The position numbers and the translations under genes were made by a program. From Malacoraja senta (Eukaryota): a stretch of DNA of 64,000 nt. The notes below the pieces were generated by a model, which had not been told where the DNA came from, did no database searches, and was given only the letters and a program-made list of their open reading frames with translations. Shown in pieces: positions 63,657 through 64,000 of the stretch. Location of the stretch: assembly GCA_038087875.1 (NCBI GenBank), contig CM075997.1:6946001-7010000 (forward strand), read 5' to 3'. How positions within the stretch are numbered: position 1 is the first letter of the stretch; each line of letters opens with the position of its first letter.

Positions 63657-64000
63657 AGTAATACAAAAAGTTCGGAAGTGAAAGTCCCCCGACCTCTTTT
63701 GGTTTACATAAGTGTTTATTTTTAATTCTGTGTGATCTATAATCCCAAATAAAATGAGTAATATTAGAGTCTAATTTTTTTTTTAAATTGGGTATATATA
63801 ATGATATAGATTGAAATAGGTATAATAATTGTGGTAGAAAGATCATTTTTATAGCGTTTATTCTACCTATTAATGATAAGGGAAGTGTTTTCCAGAATTT
63901 AATCGTGTTGAGTTTATTTAATAAAGGCATAAAATTAGCGTTAAATAATGCTTTATATTTTCTAATAATTTGAATACCCAAATACTTAAATTTTTCTGTT

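Larger units (their letters stand above)
54724..64000 (-). mobile_element. Old L1 ('L1-Z') ORF2 3' half and 3' UTR, hosting two younger L1s; continues past the window
   Basis: Pieces 63619..63981 (FWKTLPLSLIGRINAIK), 58783..59010, 55401..55853 and 55134..55319 are collinear L1 ORF2; stop near 54947. Confidence 0.88.

Overview
Eukaryotic (vertebrate) repeat-dense, non-genic DNA. The CR1 LINEs with (AGAAACAT)n/(ATAACC)n tails and the short Penelope-type repeats suggest a cartilaginous fish such as a skate or ray; this is inference. I can support no host protein-coding gene, rRNA, tRNA or CRISPR array. The window is a stack of nested mobile elements. (1) A full-length decayed L1 (7786-24017, TSD) hosts a Penelope-derived hammerhead-motif dimer, a younger L1 (15-bp TSD; ORF2 broken by one stop) and a CR1 with an esterase ORF1. 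(2) A decayed DIRS tyrosine-recombinase retrotransposon (33013-37112) retains its inverted termini and internal complementary region. (3) There are two well-supported non-autonomous DNA transposons, one with a 7-bp TSD and one with a TA TSD, plus a possible third. (4) A second L1 nest at the right end contains an intact 1263-aa ORF2 (17-bp TSD). Two segmental duplications (2-7552 vs 38834-50115; 8042-18113 vs 25530-31176) give empty/filled site pairs that confirm many insertion boundaries. Also present are a 200-N gap, GA-rich tracts, a 29-bp minisatellite and an unexplained ~400-bp module found five times. Boundaries were read by eye and may be off by a few bases; identities are visual estimates.
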